Assembly: GCA_964016885.1 (NCBI GenBank)
Contig: OZ024741.1
Span: 348,812,001-348,876,000, forward strand
DNA: 64,000 nucleotides
Direction of reading: 5' to 3'
DNA from: Eledone cirrhosa
Taxonomy: Eukaryota
Below are positions 13,378 to 27,499 of the stretch, in pieces. Numbering within the stretch: position 1 is the stretch's first letter; every line of letters begins with the position of its first letter. Position numbers and translations under genes: made by a program. The notes beneath the pieces were generated by a model that searched no databases, was not told the origin of the DNA, and saw only the letters and a list, made by a program, of their open reading frames with translations.

Positions 13378-13436
13378 AACGCAAATGTTATTGCATGATG
13401 ATATTTGTTTTTGAAATGCGCATAATAAAATACATG
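13352..13436 (+). ncRNA. Canonical type I hammerhead ribozyme
   Basis: Stem I TATTTTAT/ATAAAATA plus distal CATG/CATG across a TCTCCC bulge; CTGACGA 13370-13376; stem II GCAAATGTTATT/GATGATATTTGT; GAA then palindromic ATGCGCAT; predicted cleavage after A13424. Confidence 0.85.
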
Positions 13437-13611
13437 GAACTCTTTTAACCATCTTTTGATCTTATATATTATTTATACTCCAGTCCTACAAACTGTACAG
13501 TGCTACTTATCCGATATCTGCATTGCTTTATTGTACTACAATAAAACTCACCTCCTAGACACATATATATATATATATATATATATATGTTTGTGTGTGT
13601 GTGTGTGTGTG

Positions 13612-13658
<47 letters not shown>

Positions 13659-13744
13659 TATATAGGTATTAGAGGTGCAAATTAATTGCGTCCGTAGGCG
13701 GTATGAAAAGATGAGCTCGTGGGGAGCAGAATATCAATAATAAT

Positions 13745-13927
13745 TGTTTCTACTTTTGGCACAAGGCCAGCAAATACCTAGTGCATTACTGGTACTTTAT
13801 TTTATTGACCCCGTAAGGATGAAAGGCAAAGTTAACCTCGGCGGGATTTGAACTCAGAATGGCAAGGGCCATAACTCTATGCGTCAAAGCATGGCGTCCA
13901 ACCCTCTACCGATACTGCCAATCCACC
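13745..13927 (-). mobile_element. tRNA-derived SINE with target-site duplication
   Basis: Pol III A/B-box-like head; core GCCTTTCATCCTTACGGGGTC; TSD CAGAATATCAATAATAAT at 13727-13744 and 13928-13945. Confidence 0.85.
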
Positions 13928-14115
13928 CAGAATATCAATAATAATAATAATATATAGGGGAATCAGTGTTGCATCATATACTTATTTAATTACATATTCC
14001 ATGTTTCACTGCTGATCAGCTCGGGGAATAATCGATTAATGACCGATCGTGTCTGTGGAATTGGAAGCTCCTCAGATATGTGTTCACATGTGTTTCTTAT
14101 ATATATATATATAAT

Positions 14116-14640
14116 TCAATGATATTAAATAAATGGAAACTATATTTATAAAACCATATTTATTTTATTATATATATTTCAAGGGTACCAAAACATTTGG
14201 TACGCTTTCTTCAGATAAAATACAAAGTCTGTTTTATAAATAGAGACATGCCCAGGAAAATCATACCTTATCAGTTGCTTTCTTCAGATAGAAACAAAGT
14301 TTGTTTTATAAATAGAGACATGCCCAGGAAAATCATACCTTATCAGTTGCTTTCGTCATACCTTATCAGTTTATCCAACTGATAAGGTATGATTTTCCTG
14401 GGTATGTCTCTATTTATAAAACAAACTTTGTATTTTATCTGAAGAAAGCGTACCAAAGTGTTTTGGTACCCTTGAAATATATATAATAAAATAAATATGG
14501 TTTTATAAATATAGTTTCCAATTATTTAATATCATTGAATATTTACTCCAGAAACTGGTTGGGTGCTCTAAATCAGTTATAAACATTTATATTTATATTT
14601 GTCGGATTTCCAACAAATTAAATATCCCTTCTACTTATAT
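14116..14640 (+). mobile_element. Fold-back pLTR-like insertion with a hammerhead on each arm
   Basis: 14116-14278 is the reverse complement of 14377-14540; internal partial duplication at 14278-14372; (TA)n immediately upstream. Confidence 0.75.
14411..14511 (+). ncRNA. Canonical type I hammerhead ribozyme (inverted twin at ~14140-14243, minus strand)
   Basis: Stem I TATTTTAT/ATAAAATA, internal loop, then TATTTATAAAAC/GTTTTATAAATA; CTGAAGA 14439-14445; stem II GTACCAAA/TTTGGTAC; GAA then ATATATAT; predicted cleavage after A14485. Confidence 0.85.
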
Positions 14641-14978
14641 TTAAGTAACAGCCGTACTAAGAGTGAGAAATGAAATTTCGTTTCATTTTTTCCGTTTATC
14701 GTTTTCGGTGCGCCCGGCCGATTAACTCACTCAATATGCAAATTAGGCTGCTCAGGCGTTAATATACATAAGGAAAGTATATACTTTCAGACGTTCTATC
14801 ATCTGGCAGGAAGGTATACGTTGCTGACGATAGCTAATAAGCTTGAAACTAGTACAGCGTTCCTTTGTCTGTGTTGAACAAATGAGCAATGATGGTTGCT
14901 AGACACTGTACGGCTTAATTCGGGATGTTTGTTTACAAACATACCGAGCATTATAATAAATGTTCGGTCAATCCATAC

Positions 14979-15057
<79 letters not shown>

Positions 15058-15138
15058 CATGTATGTATATATATATATACATACTACTGTACGTCTGTAT
15101 ACATATATGTATGTACGTGTACATACTTATATATATAT

Positions 15139-15526
15139 ATAACGAAGGAAATGTGGTAAGGAACCAGGTGGACCATAACGCACCAAAGTACTCAATATTT
15201 AGGGTAGTAGAGTGAGTAATAGGAACCAGTAAGACCCCGACGGCTGAGCTCAAGCCGTTTCGACGGCTAATTCTGGAAGTCGATGTTGTGTTTTCGCATG
15301 GTGCGGGTGAAAGGAATTGAGCTTAGCGGAAAAGTCTGGATACGGCGTGGTAGGGTCAGAAAGTGCTCTACTACGTGAATAGGAGCTAGATAACGAAGGA
15401 AATGTGGTAAGGAACCAGGTGGACCATAACGCACCAAAGTACTCAATACTTAGGGTAGTAGAGTGGGTAATAGGAACCAGTAAGACCCCGACGGCTGAGC
15501 TCAAGCCGTTTCGACGGCTAATTCTG
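15139..15526. repeat. ~137-bp direct repeat with ~114-bp spacer between (TA)n tracts
   Basis: 15139-15275 is nearly identical to 15390-15526. Confidence 0.9.
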
Positions 15527-15989
15527 CATATGTAATATATATATATAGGGGACTTTGCGCAATTAAAGATTTGTTAATGATTTATTTAGCGGGTGAAGAA
15601 ACGGCTATCCCAATCATAAGGTTGTTAATCCAAGGCCCGGACCAAATGGAACATTATATCAGTGAGCAAAGAACTTGGGGTCATGCTGCTTTAGTCTGCT
15701 AAAAGGAACATGTTTACCACTAGTGATTGTGGATAGGGCATTGCGATGTACAGGTGTAAGTATCCCGGGTGAACTCCAGTCTGAAGTGTTTCCAGGCACC
15801 AGAACGTATTTTATTCAGAAGAGAAATTGTGGTGCAGGTAGTGAATATCGTTCTTTTCTGTAATCTCATAACTGGTTAGACAAAGGGGTGGGTGTTGTCC
15901 CGAATGCATAAGACAAATTGAATAGAGCTAAAGACTTAGTTTCTAGTGGTAGGGTAGAACAGGCGACGTCTACATGGTTTCAAAGTCGC

Positions 15990-16220
<231 letters not shown>

Positions 16221-17836
16221 TTGTAGTGGGAGCTGCAAGTTAGCCGTTTTCGAGCCACGTCCGACCAGTCAGAATTTTCTCCCATAGTGTACAAAAAAGC
16301 AACACGTAATGTCTCTTACGTTTTTATATATTTATAGCAGATCTAGCGACTACATAAAACCATTGGTATGTTGTACTTTGATATTTTAGTTTTAGTTGTT
16401 TTTATATTCTCAAACCACTCACAGTCCAGCAGACTTATGATCAGTAGCGTTTTAACCAATTTTTCATCAGAATTGTATTTTATAACATTTGGCATTTATC
16501 CTTCGGCACTTAAGACGGAGAACCTGGATTATTAAATAAAGCAAAAATTTAATTAGAAATGGATGAGTGGTGATTGATATAGTTGTCAAGAAAAGCCCAG
16601 TCGAGAAAGAAGGTTTGCGAAAAACACATGAAGAGAAAATTAATTCTTGTCAAATTGAGGAATAAACGCCGCATTGGGTCAACTACTCTCTAGCAACACA
16701 CGACACTAGGATTAAATTGATGCTGTCACATAAAACCCACAAGAGCCCAGGCATTTGCTGCATATGTAAATAATGATAGGTCACCTCGTGGCTAAATACA
16801 TACTTTTAGCATGCTGAAATGAGATTGAAAAACGTATGCTTCAATATATATATATAAGAAGATTAACAAAGACAGGACATGACAACGAACGGAAACAAAG
16901 CAAAACGAAAAATATTTTCTTAAGGGAAGACCATAAAAATTAGTTTTTAAAAATAAAGATTCAAACAAAGGACACAGAACTCCATGCTCGTCGGCCGTTT
17001 TGATGGATTGCGCAGTTTCGACCCCTAACAACAGTATTGCTGGTCCATCCCGGGTCACAGCGTCTGACATAAGCCTAATGCTGTCCAGTGGAGTAAGAGA
17101 TTAGAGGCAAAACATTTATTTATAACCATTAAGATACAAAACACAGAATTTTTTTGTGGCGGCAGGGAAAAAGACTGGTGCCTCTTAAAGGAAGAAAAAA
17201 ATCAATAAAAAGAAAGTAAGATATATTGTTAACAAATGTAAACATTTGCAATATGGGGGAAGAAGACATAATCATTTTCGTCACGTCAGTAGATAAACAC
17301 CACATACACTTCACGACTCTATCCACTTCCACGTATGTAATGCCTCTTCGTAGTCCAGCCGGTTGATGTTGTGCCGCTAATTCATCATACTGGAAGCCTA
17401 ACAATTTTTCTTCCAACCTTAAAACAAGAGTCAATTTTATTCGCTACCGACTCACATTCTCGACAACTCCTGGCAACTGTTTCTGCATGTGCGTGCATAT
17501 GTATGTGTATGCAGAATTTCACATACATATATATATACCTCATACACGAATTCACTCATATACACACACACAAGAGCACGCACACATCCTCTCAAAATAT
17601 ACGAAGATTATCTCCTTTGAAAATATCTAAGAGACCAGCATTTCCCTAAAAGGCTAACTGAAAAAATGTGCTTTTACTCCCAATTTTTTTCTATTCCTTC
17701 CCCTTTTTCTATATGACTAGTGATCAATGCGTAAAGATGTTTTTCTACTGTATCAAGCATTAAAGTAATATATTTCTTTATCGGACTGTGTGGTTTGCTT
17801 CGTTGTTTCCGTTTACTTTTCACATATACATATATA

Positions 17837-18926
<1,090 letters not shown>

Positions 18927-18936
18927 TCATACCAAC

Positions 18937-19053
<117 letters not shown>

Positions 19054-19072
19054 GTGTGTGTATGTATGTATG

Positions 19073-19128
<56 letters not shown>

Positions 19129-19235
19129 GGGGGAGCGATGTGTGTGTCTGTGAAAAGTAAACGACAAAACACAACAGACGATGAATTTCAGTGAAGATAA
19201 TATATTAGTTTCACTCTCAATATATTAGGACAAGT

Positions 19236-19270
19236 CTTAACGTTTCGGACGCTAGTCCTTCAACAGAAAA
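19236..19270 (-). ncRNA. Minimal hammerhead-like motif (second copy at 37684-37716, minus strand)
   Basis: TTT-CTGTTGA-A-GGAC-TAGC-GTCC-GAA-ACGT-T-AAG. The copy at 37.7 kb reads TTAATGA-A-GGAC-TAGT-GTCC-GAA-ACGT-A. Each core carries substitutions. Confidence 0.55.
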
Positions 19271-19779
19271 TAGAATGAAAAATTAAAGAATATATAGAAA
19301 GATAGAGGAGGTGAGCAGGGACAGAAACAAATGAAATTCCTCGAGAAATAGCACATCCATTCATTTCGTCATCACTTAGAAGACTGTTGATCGCAGCTTT
19401 TATGGCATAAGAAGTTCAGTTGCCCGTCTTTTGAAAGGCTGAACAAAGGTATCTATAGAGTCAGAAAAGACTGTATTTGAAGTGTATATGTATGGGTATA
19501 ATTACGTGTGTGGGGGTGGGGGGGTATGCGTGCGTGCGTATGTTTGTTTTTGTTTGATTGTTTGTACGAAGTTGAGAGGATATATGTGTGTATAAGTTTC
19601 AGTGTATGTGTTTGCGGGGTGGTGTGTATGATTGTGTGTGTGTGTATGTGCTGCCGTACCTTGAACAGCTTCAAAATATCCAAGCGTTTCGTTGTTCTAC
19701 CCTCACTTGGGCAGAGCTCGCCGCTTCCCGCAAACTACGGCGATGCAAAGTCGTTTTCGTTAAACCTTACGACTAATGT

Positions 19780-20310
19780 GGCGCCGTGCTAGTGTGGTGC
19801 GCGGAATTCTACCAGGTTGAGGTCCTTTAGCAACTTCCATTTTTATCGCCCTCTTAATTCCAATTCCACTACCATCTACCAACCGCCAACTAAACCGATC
19901 TTCTCTCCTTCTCCCCACCACTAACCTTATAGTACGTGCATTTCGGGTTCCTACCATCTACACCGTTCTCAAGATTCACAAGCCCAATAAACCTGGCCGT
20001 CTCATCGTTTCCCCGTTCTTTAGTCACGACCCTTCGTCCCTACATGCATTATAAGAATCATGCTTTCTGACTCTTTGTCCTTATCCACCGGACAAACCGG
20101 CCGCCATCTGGCATACTCATTCTCAAAACACTTGAAGGACATACGTTTTGGCAGGGATACTCCCGTCGCCCGTCACATTCATTCCCCAGGTCACTTCTCT
20201 CTATATTGTTTCAGTCCTAGGTGTCTCTTTGTGCCAGAGATCGCCGACCACGACACCAGGATTGAGTAGAACTTGAATTTCTACCTCGGGTTCATTCTAA
20301 CGACTGAATT
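19780..20310 (+). pseudogene. Internally deleted PLE remnant, Neptune-like
   Basis: YTVLKIHKPNKPGRLIVS (PLE RT motifs 1-2) at ~19960-20010; TGQTGRHLAYSFSKHLKDIRFGRDTPVARH (GIY-YIG) in ORF 20060-20269. Confidence 0.75.
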
Positions 20311-20495
20311 CGACTCCCCATCCACATTTCTTCCACAAATGCTCTCGTATATTCTTCTATACCCCTAGCTACTGTCACTCCTACCTCGTCATACGTGTAC
20401 GCACATTCACCGCTTGAGGTTCCTACGGCTCTGTTCTGGTCATATATACACACTCACTTCTCTGTACAGACAAACAACAAACACGGACGCACACT

Positions 20496-20551
<56 letters not shown>

Positions 20552-23190
20552 CTTCCACAATATGTGATTGAACGTGTAAATTCGTGGTTGCAAAGTGAAC
20601 TTGTTAATGACGCAGCCATATATACATATATATATATACATATGTGTGATGGGGATATGTCTGTCTATAGGAGATAAACGATATGTTAAAGATAATATCG
20701 TGACTACACAGGACTCTCGTTATGTATGTTGCCTGGATATACACAGACCCGTAGATGTCTGGCTTGATAATGCGCAGCCTCTAGATATTGCATAGATAAG
20801 CTATATTCAGGAGATGTTTCTTATGATATACTTGTACAATAATTGCTTCATTCGTGCGTTTTCCATTACACATAACTCATGTGCGAAGAGAAAAGCCCAT
20901 TGACATACAAGATAGGAGATATATACTAGATAGTCTAACACTATATTGAATTACTAAATTATTGCATTCTAAACGCAGGAAAAAGTCCAACCACGTGTTT
21001 TGCGGGGAAAGATACTATCGATTAAATATAGCCCAGTACATGAAAACTACTTCTTTTATCTACGTCGTGAAAAATGGATGACAAATCTCGACAGGAAACG
21101 AATTCAGTACAAAAGGTTATGCGACTAAATTCACCGTTATTGCATTACTAAAAGTCACTGGACTCCTCATAGAATTGTCGGGGTACTGTCCAGATACGGC
21201 GTCTTTGGCATTTAAAATCTTGCTGAGGCCTTCTCTCTCTCTAAATCTGAAAACAGCCAATTTTTTTCCAGGGAAAGAAAAATCAAAGAAATAGGGTGAT
21301 AGAACAAATGGTCACCAATACTGAAATAGATTATTTATCGATCCGGAAAAGATGAAAGATAAATTCGAACTCACACTACTGTGTATCAGAACAAACAAAA
21401 AAAGAAAAAACGAGAAACGTTTAATCCGATGCCCTAAATAATCTCCAAATACACCACATTTGTTGGTTCTTTTGATAATGGAAAACTGATATATTTTCAG
21501 GCACTTAAACTATTCGAAGGATTAAAGATAGGGCGCTGCTAATGCTGCTGCTGTTGTTTTGTTGTTGTTTTTTGTCGTGTTTTTTTTTTTTTTTATTGAC
21601 GAGTGTAAGCATCCTCATGTAACACATCTAATGTCGTGTAAATAATGGTAATTTACAGCGTTGTCTGAAAAAGAAGAGATGCCGATAAAATCACGGTTGG
21701 AATTGCTTTTAGTTATAAGTTTGATTCATCAGAGTTCGCGTTTAGATAAACAACAATAAAGATAGAAGCAACAGAAATAACTGCAAAAACTACATATACT
21801 TAGATATTGTTCCACACATATATGTTGCCAGCCTTTCTACTGATAAAAATTTTAGACAAATATTTCGTTTGCTCAATTCTCACCATGAGTATCAAGAAGG
21901 ATTATTGAAATCTAAAGAAGTTTGACCTGTATCCGAACTCATTTTATTTTTTTGTCGCTGCAGTTGCACTTAGTTCCAGTTCTCTACTGATTCAGCAGGT
22001 CCTTAATCAAAAGCATTCCAAATGCCCGCATCTAATTTTCGTTTCTTGAACATAATGAATTGCATCCAGAACCCCAATGTCCAATAATTAATTTTATTTT
22101 ATATATGTGAACTTTGAGAGATCTCGTAGCTATATCTATCATTGTCTGTCCTGCTTAGCTACAGGTAGACCCTGTCTGAACATACCTATGATCAAAACAT
22201 TTCAAGCCGTAGCTCTTCCATCTTATATTTAGAATGTAACCAAATCAAGAAGATAGTATGTATTCGTCACTTTTTAAAATATTTTGATTTGAGCAAATAT
22301 TTTGCTGCTATTACTTGCAGATCGTGCAGAAATTTAAAGACACCTTGGTTTATTTAAGGTCTTTTGATGATCAGTCCTTATTGTGCAGATAAGAGAGGAA
22401 AAGCTTCTGAACTATGAATATCTTGTTATTTATCTAGACATTGTACATCCCAAATTACATTTTCCGCTGTCTTCCATCATTTCCAATGCAGTATGGTGTA
22501 ATTTAAAGCATGTTTAACTACTATGACTAGAAAATGAAGCTGTTACCATAGAAATTACCTTGATGGCCAGGTAATAGGTCATGATGACCAGGTAATCAGG
22601 TGGCGGTAAGTGGAGTTGGAGACTTATCTCCAAATTAGTTTTGTATGAAATAATCAATGGGTAAAGATATCCAAACCGTGACAATCGGATTTTTATTCAT
22701 AATTATTTATTTATTGCATACAAAATGCATATAGGATTATATTACCTAATGAAAGTCTCCATATTAAGGAAAGCAAATTGTAATTTTGGAGAAATGTGGA
22801 TTGATGCCTCACAAATTTCCAAACAAGGAAATAACTCTCTTATTTGCGTGATAATATATATTAGTTTATGTTGATTAAGGCATCTATTTAATTACCGGTT
22901 AATTTAATCATTTAATTACACGGATCACTATGGATAATTACATAAATCATATGTATCCTTTCTTGAAAGTAACGAATAGTACATGAAGCTAAAGATGGAG
23001 CTTCTATGTGTTCATATGACCTGCAGGAAATAATAGCTAAATCTCCATAAAATAAAATTGATTCGTCTACAACAGGCATGGGCACATTAGATATTGTAGT
23101 CATACACACACATACATACACCCACCCACACACGTACACATACGTACACATAATGTATATATAATATATATATATAAGGGTACATATATA

Positions 23191-23352
23191 AAGTGACAAT
23201 AAGAATTGCAGCTTTTTGTAAACTTATTACATATTTCAATTTGTTTCCATATCGATCAGCTCGAGTTCGATCATGTGATCGGATCCCAACTCTTAATCGA
23301 CACTTCTTCAGAGATGAGAGTTTACAAAAGGCTGCAATTCTTATTGTTACTT
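23191..23352 (-). ncRNA. Hammerhead-like motif enclosed by a ~34-bp stem
   Basis: Minus strand CTGAAGA (23311-23305); stem II GTGTCGATTA/TGATCGATAT; GAAAC...GTA; flanking arms 23191-23224 and 23319-23352 pair. Proximal stem I is degraded. Confidence 0.55.
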
Positions 23353-23480
23353 TATATACACTCTGCAAACTATAGTCACCTTAATCTTGGAGCACAACCT
23401 GACGAGAGGCAGACACAGTAACAGCATTGAGTGCTTCGACCAGGGTCACCGCTAGTAACTACAAATTACCCACCCAATAT

Positions 23481-23523
<43 letters not shown>

Positions 23524-23761
23524 ATCTACCCTGGCAGTTGAAACCTTTTTTCACACCATGTTGTGTAGGGTTTTAAATAACACTCGGATCACGACAGATA
23601 TATAGGTATTTCGTACAATGTGGGACATATTTAAAGACGATTCCTCTAGTGATTAGTTCACATTGTCCGTAGCTTTATCAAAATCGATGGTTGGTATTCG
23701 ATAATTCATTATTGAGATCGATTATTTTTCTCCGGTTTTTGAAATATGAAACGGCGTCGTA

Positions 23762-23870
23762 GGAAAATAATTGTTTCTACTTTTGGCATAAGTCCAGCAA
23801 TTATCCCAATGCATTACTGGTACTTTATTTAATCGACTCCGTAAGGACGAACGGCAAAGTTAACCTCGGT
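23762..23870 (-). mobile_element. SINE 3' fragment
   Basis: Matches 13745-13845. Confidence 0.8.
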
Positions 23871-23971
23871 TGAATCTGCACTATTTCGAAAGGAAAAATA
23901 ATGGTTATTTCCACCTTAAAATATTAAAATATCTACATTTTCCTGAATATTATGTGCTTTATATGAGTACA

Positions 23972-23976
<5 letters not shown>

Positions 23977-24050
<74 letters not shown>

Positions 24051-24062
24051 CTCTCTCTCTCC

Positions 24063-24152
<90 letters not shown>
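23977..24152. repeat. (CT)n/(TA)n/(CTAT)n microsatellite
   Basis: Visible directly. Confidence 0.95.
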
Positions 24153-24374
24153 CTTCCATATTATATCTTTTAATTTGAATTATTGATGTATTGATGCTCT
24201 CAACCAAGGTTCATTGACTTTTTCATTAAGAAACATAACCATCATACATACTACTACAACTACTACGATCACGCTGGTGACGCTGACACTGACAAGGCGA
24301 TAACGACGATGATGACTAGGTCAAAAACTAAAATGATAATAGCAAACATCAAAATTAAATAATTCAAATTATGT

Positions 24375-24680
24375 ATCGTTTATTATACAGCCACAAGGCA
24401 AGAAACCACGTCTCACATACACACAAGAGTAGACTCAAGGCTGAATATCGTTTATCATATAGACACAAGTCTATCATTTATCATATCAACACAAGCATAT
24501 ATAACATTTATCAAACAGACACTAGGTAACATATAATTTATCAAACAGAGACAAGGCTACCTATCATCTATCATATAGGCATAACGTTACATATCAATTA
24601 TCATATAGAGACAAGGCTAAATATGATTTATCATACAGAAAGTAAGGCTCTATAACATTTATCAAATAGAGAAAAAGCTA
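24375..24680. repeat. Degenerate ~30-bp minisatellite, about 10 units
   Basis: Recurring TTTATCA(T/A)A(T/C)AGA(C/G)ACAAGGCTA-like unit. Confidence 0.8.
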
Positions 24681-25197
24681 AGGGTAATTTAATATATCTA
24701 TATAATTGATTCATATAAATGACTTGTATTTCGTGAATTCTGATTAATCAAAATTCGGAATGTAATGTCGAACATTGCAGGATTTGAACACAGAAACAAG
24801 AAGTCAGGATTATTATCATTACTAGCAGAAAAACCACCCTTCGGGTGGTTTTCTGCTGGCATGTGAAGTGTGCATATTGATATTATACTTATACACAGAA
24901 ATTTAACGAAGACTGCGTTACACTTTCTTATGTAATCAGTAATGTAATCCATGGTGCATTAAAAAAACACAATATTATAAATAAACTGCATTAGGAGAAA
25001 ATTAGTGACAGAAATATATAAATGTTTATTTAGGTGATCGCTAACCGGAAGTGTTGACATTTGAACATTTTAAAGAAGTGAATCTTTAAATAAACACTAA
25101 AATATATTTAATCAACAGCTACGAAATTTAGTAGATAAATTATGTAATATTCGTTCCTTATTTATTCAAAGTAGAAACAATTATTTATTCAAAGTAA

Positions 25198-25385
25198 TGG
25201 CGGTGGATTGGCAGTATCGGTAGAGAGTCGGACGCCGTGCTTTCTAATATAGTTACGTCCCTTTATGGTATGAGATCAAATCCCGTCGAGGTTAACTTTG
25301 CCTTTCATCCTTACGGGGTCGATAAAATAAAGTACCAATAATATACTGGGTAATTGCTGGCCTTGTTTCAAATGTACAAACAATT
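25198..25385 (+). mobile_element. tRNA-derived SINE
   Basis: GGCGGTGGATTGGCAGTATCGGTAGA head and same core as the other copies; flanking TTATTTATTCAAAGT duplication. Confidence 0.85.
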
Positions 25386-25886
25386 ATTTATTCAAAGTTA
25401 TCCAAATTATTTTACTAATGGGATAAAAAATGATAAACCGTACGCAGTCCCATACTCCTTACTTTATTATAGTTTAGATTTTATTTATTTGTTTATTTAT
25501 TTATTTGATTAATTAATTATTGCACACGTGTATATTAATGAGCTTCTGAAATCGGTGAATGAAGGAAGAGGACACCGCCACAAATGACTTAACCTCAGAC
25601 CTGGTCCTGAAAGCATACATCAGGCTGGACTCCGGCAAAAGCACCCTAGGTTTAGACACTGCTGCTAAATCGAGTATCCAAGAGGCAAATTGTAATGTTA
25701 GATATGTAAAGTTTAACCAGTAACATTTTAGTTGATAGACGTTGCAATTATACTCACATTGCTTGGGTCGACCCACAGCAATTATAAACTAATTTAGATA
25801 TCAGATTTTTATCACTTATCTCACTATTTAAGTAATAATTATTAATGCTAATGTATTTCTTTTATCTGTTTTTATCATAGTATGTG

Positions 25887-25928
<42 letters not shown>

Positions 25929-27499
25929 TTATTTATTTATTTAATCTGTTACAAGAAGATACTATCTCTCGCTTAATTACATGGTCTTCATAAAGACGGT
26001 TTTGCTGAATAATGGTCGTCAGTCCCTATTTTAAACTAGATCAGGGTGTTTGTAACTTATTATATGACATGTAAAATTGGATATATAGGTTTACTATTGT
26101 CGTTAACAATAGGTAAATACAAACAAAACGAATTAAATGTACATTTGAAAACAAATGTTTTCACTTTGCCTCCTACATTACAAATGTAATGCAAATAATT
26201 ATATATACACACTGAGTATGCAAACATGGCAAAGTTATGTATTTCCCCATAGATTGGGAAAATAATGAAATTAATATACTTTACAAATATAATATTAAAA
26301 GAAGGCGAATGCTTGAATAAGGGGAAACAAAATAATAATTTAAAAAAAATAGAAAAGAAACACATTTTCAAATATGTTTATTCCATTCATGAAAAAGAAC
26401 GAAAACTGTGAAAAGAAAACGAATGTGTACAGACGCTGTACAGAGACCTTTAGGTTCTGTGTTGTGTTACAATACGACTGAGGTCAACTTTGCATTTCAT
26501 CCTTTCAGGAATTGATAAAATATAATAGCATTTCGGTACCAAAGTCAATATAAACGACTTTCCACTCCCCAAAAATTGATGGTCTTGTGTCTATAATAGA
26601 AGTCATTATTACATCTGTTGCACAGCTGTTATATTATAAATGATTTGGTATGGAGATGTAATATTCTTAAAAATATGTCAACAGTTATCACTCTACTCCA
26701 CAAAATTCCCACTCAATCGACGAATTTTCTGCATGCAGTTTATAATTAACTTGTATTTTCAGATTGTCTCTCTTGCCTTTCTTGACAATTATAATTATTA
26801 AAATTAATTATTTTTCTATTCATTGCGGGTCTAATATTGAATAAATGAATGCTGTACTGTCTGTGCATGCGGGCGTGTGTCACGCTACGTTAAGCATTCT
26901 TCTTCCCCCACCTCACTATAAGATAGAAGTCCCAGCTAAATAACGTACAGGAGATTAAACCGGATCCATGTGACTAAGCAGCAACTTTCAAAGCCATACC
27001 GCCATGCAACCGTCGCTCGAAATATTGGAAAATATTGTACCGCTACTCTGTCTTATGATATAATAAACATTCTGAATAAACGCTGAGTAATTCATAGAAT
27101 GATTGATTGATAGATTGATGGATTGTTTCTATAATATGAAGCAACTTATTTGTTTTTATTAGAGTAGAAATAATTAAAGGGTATCGGAGCGCTTAAAACG
27201 TTTCTTGGAAGTAATCTAATTTTAGCCGTTTATACAAAACTGTTTTGCGATAGATTTTTCTTTTACTCTATTTTGAGACAACAAAAATGACCCTGTATGG
27301 GTGTTTCTACTATAAAAAGCAACTAAAATCATCCTTGAATCAAACAATATATTTTATATAACGAAAATACACATTGGATGATGCCGTCATAGATACAATT
27401 CGTCTAACCATTAGTTTGATCAGGTATGGGACGGCTTTATTCATAGTTCTGCAAAAATATTGACTTATAAAGGGCGAACATACATACTCAAATGTTATC

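Noticed and set aside
24375-24680. Regular ~30-bp repeats as a CRISPR-like array
   Set aside because: Degenerate contiguous units with no unique spacers, in a eukaryotic context with no cas genes.
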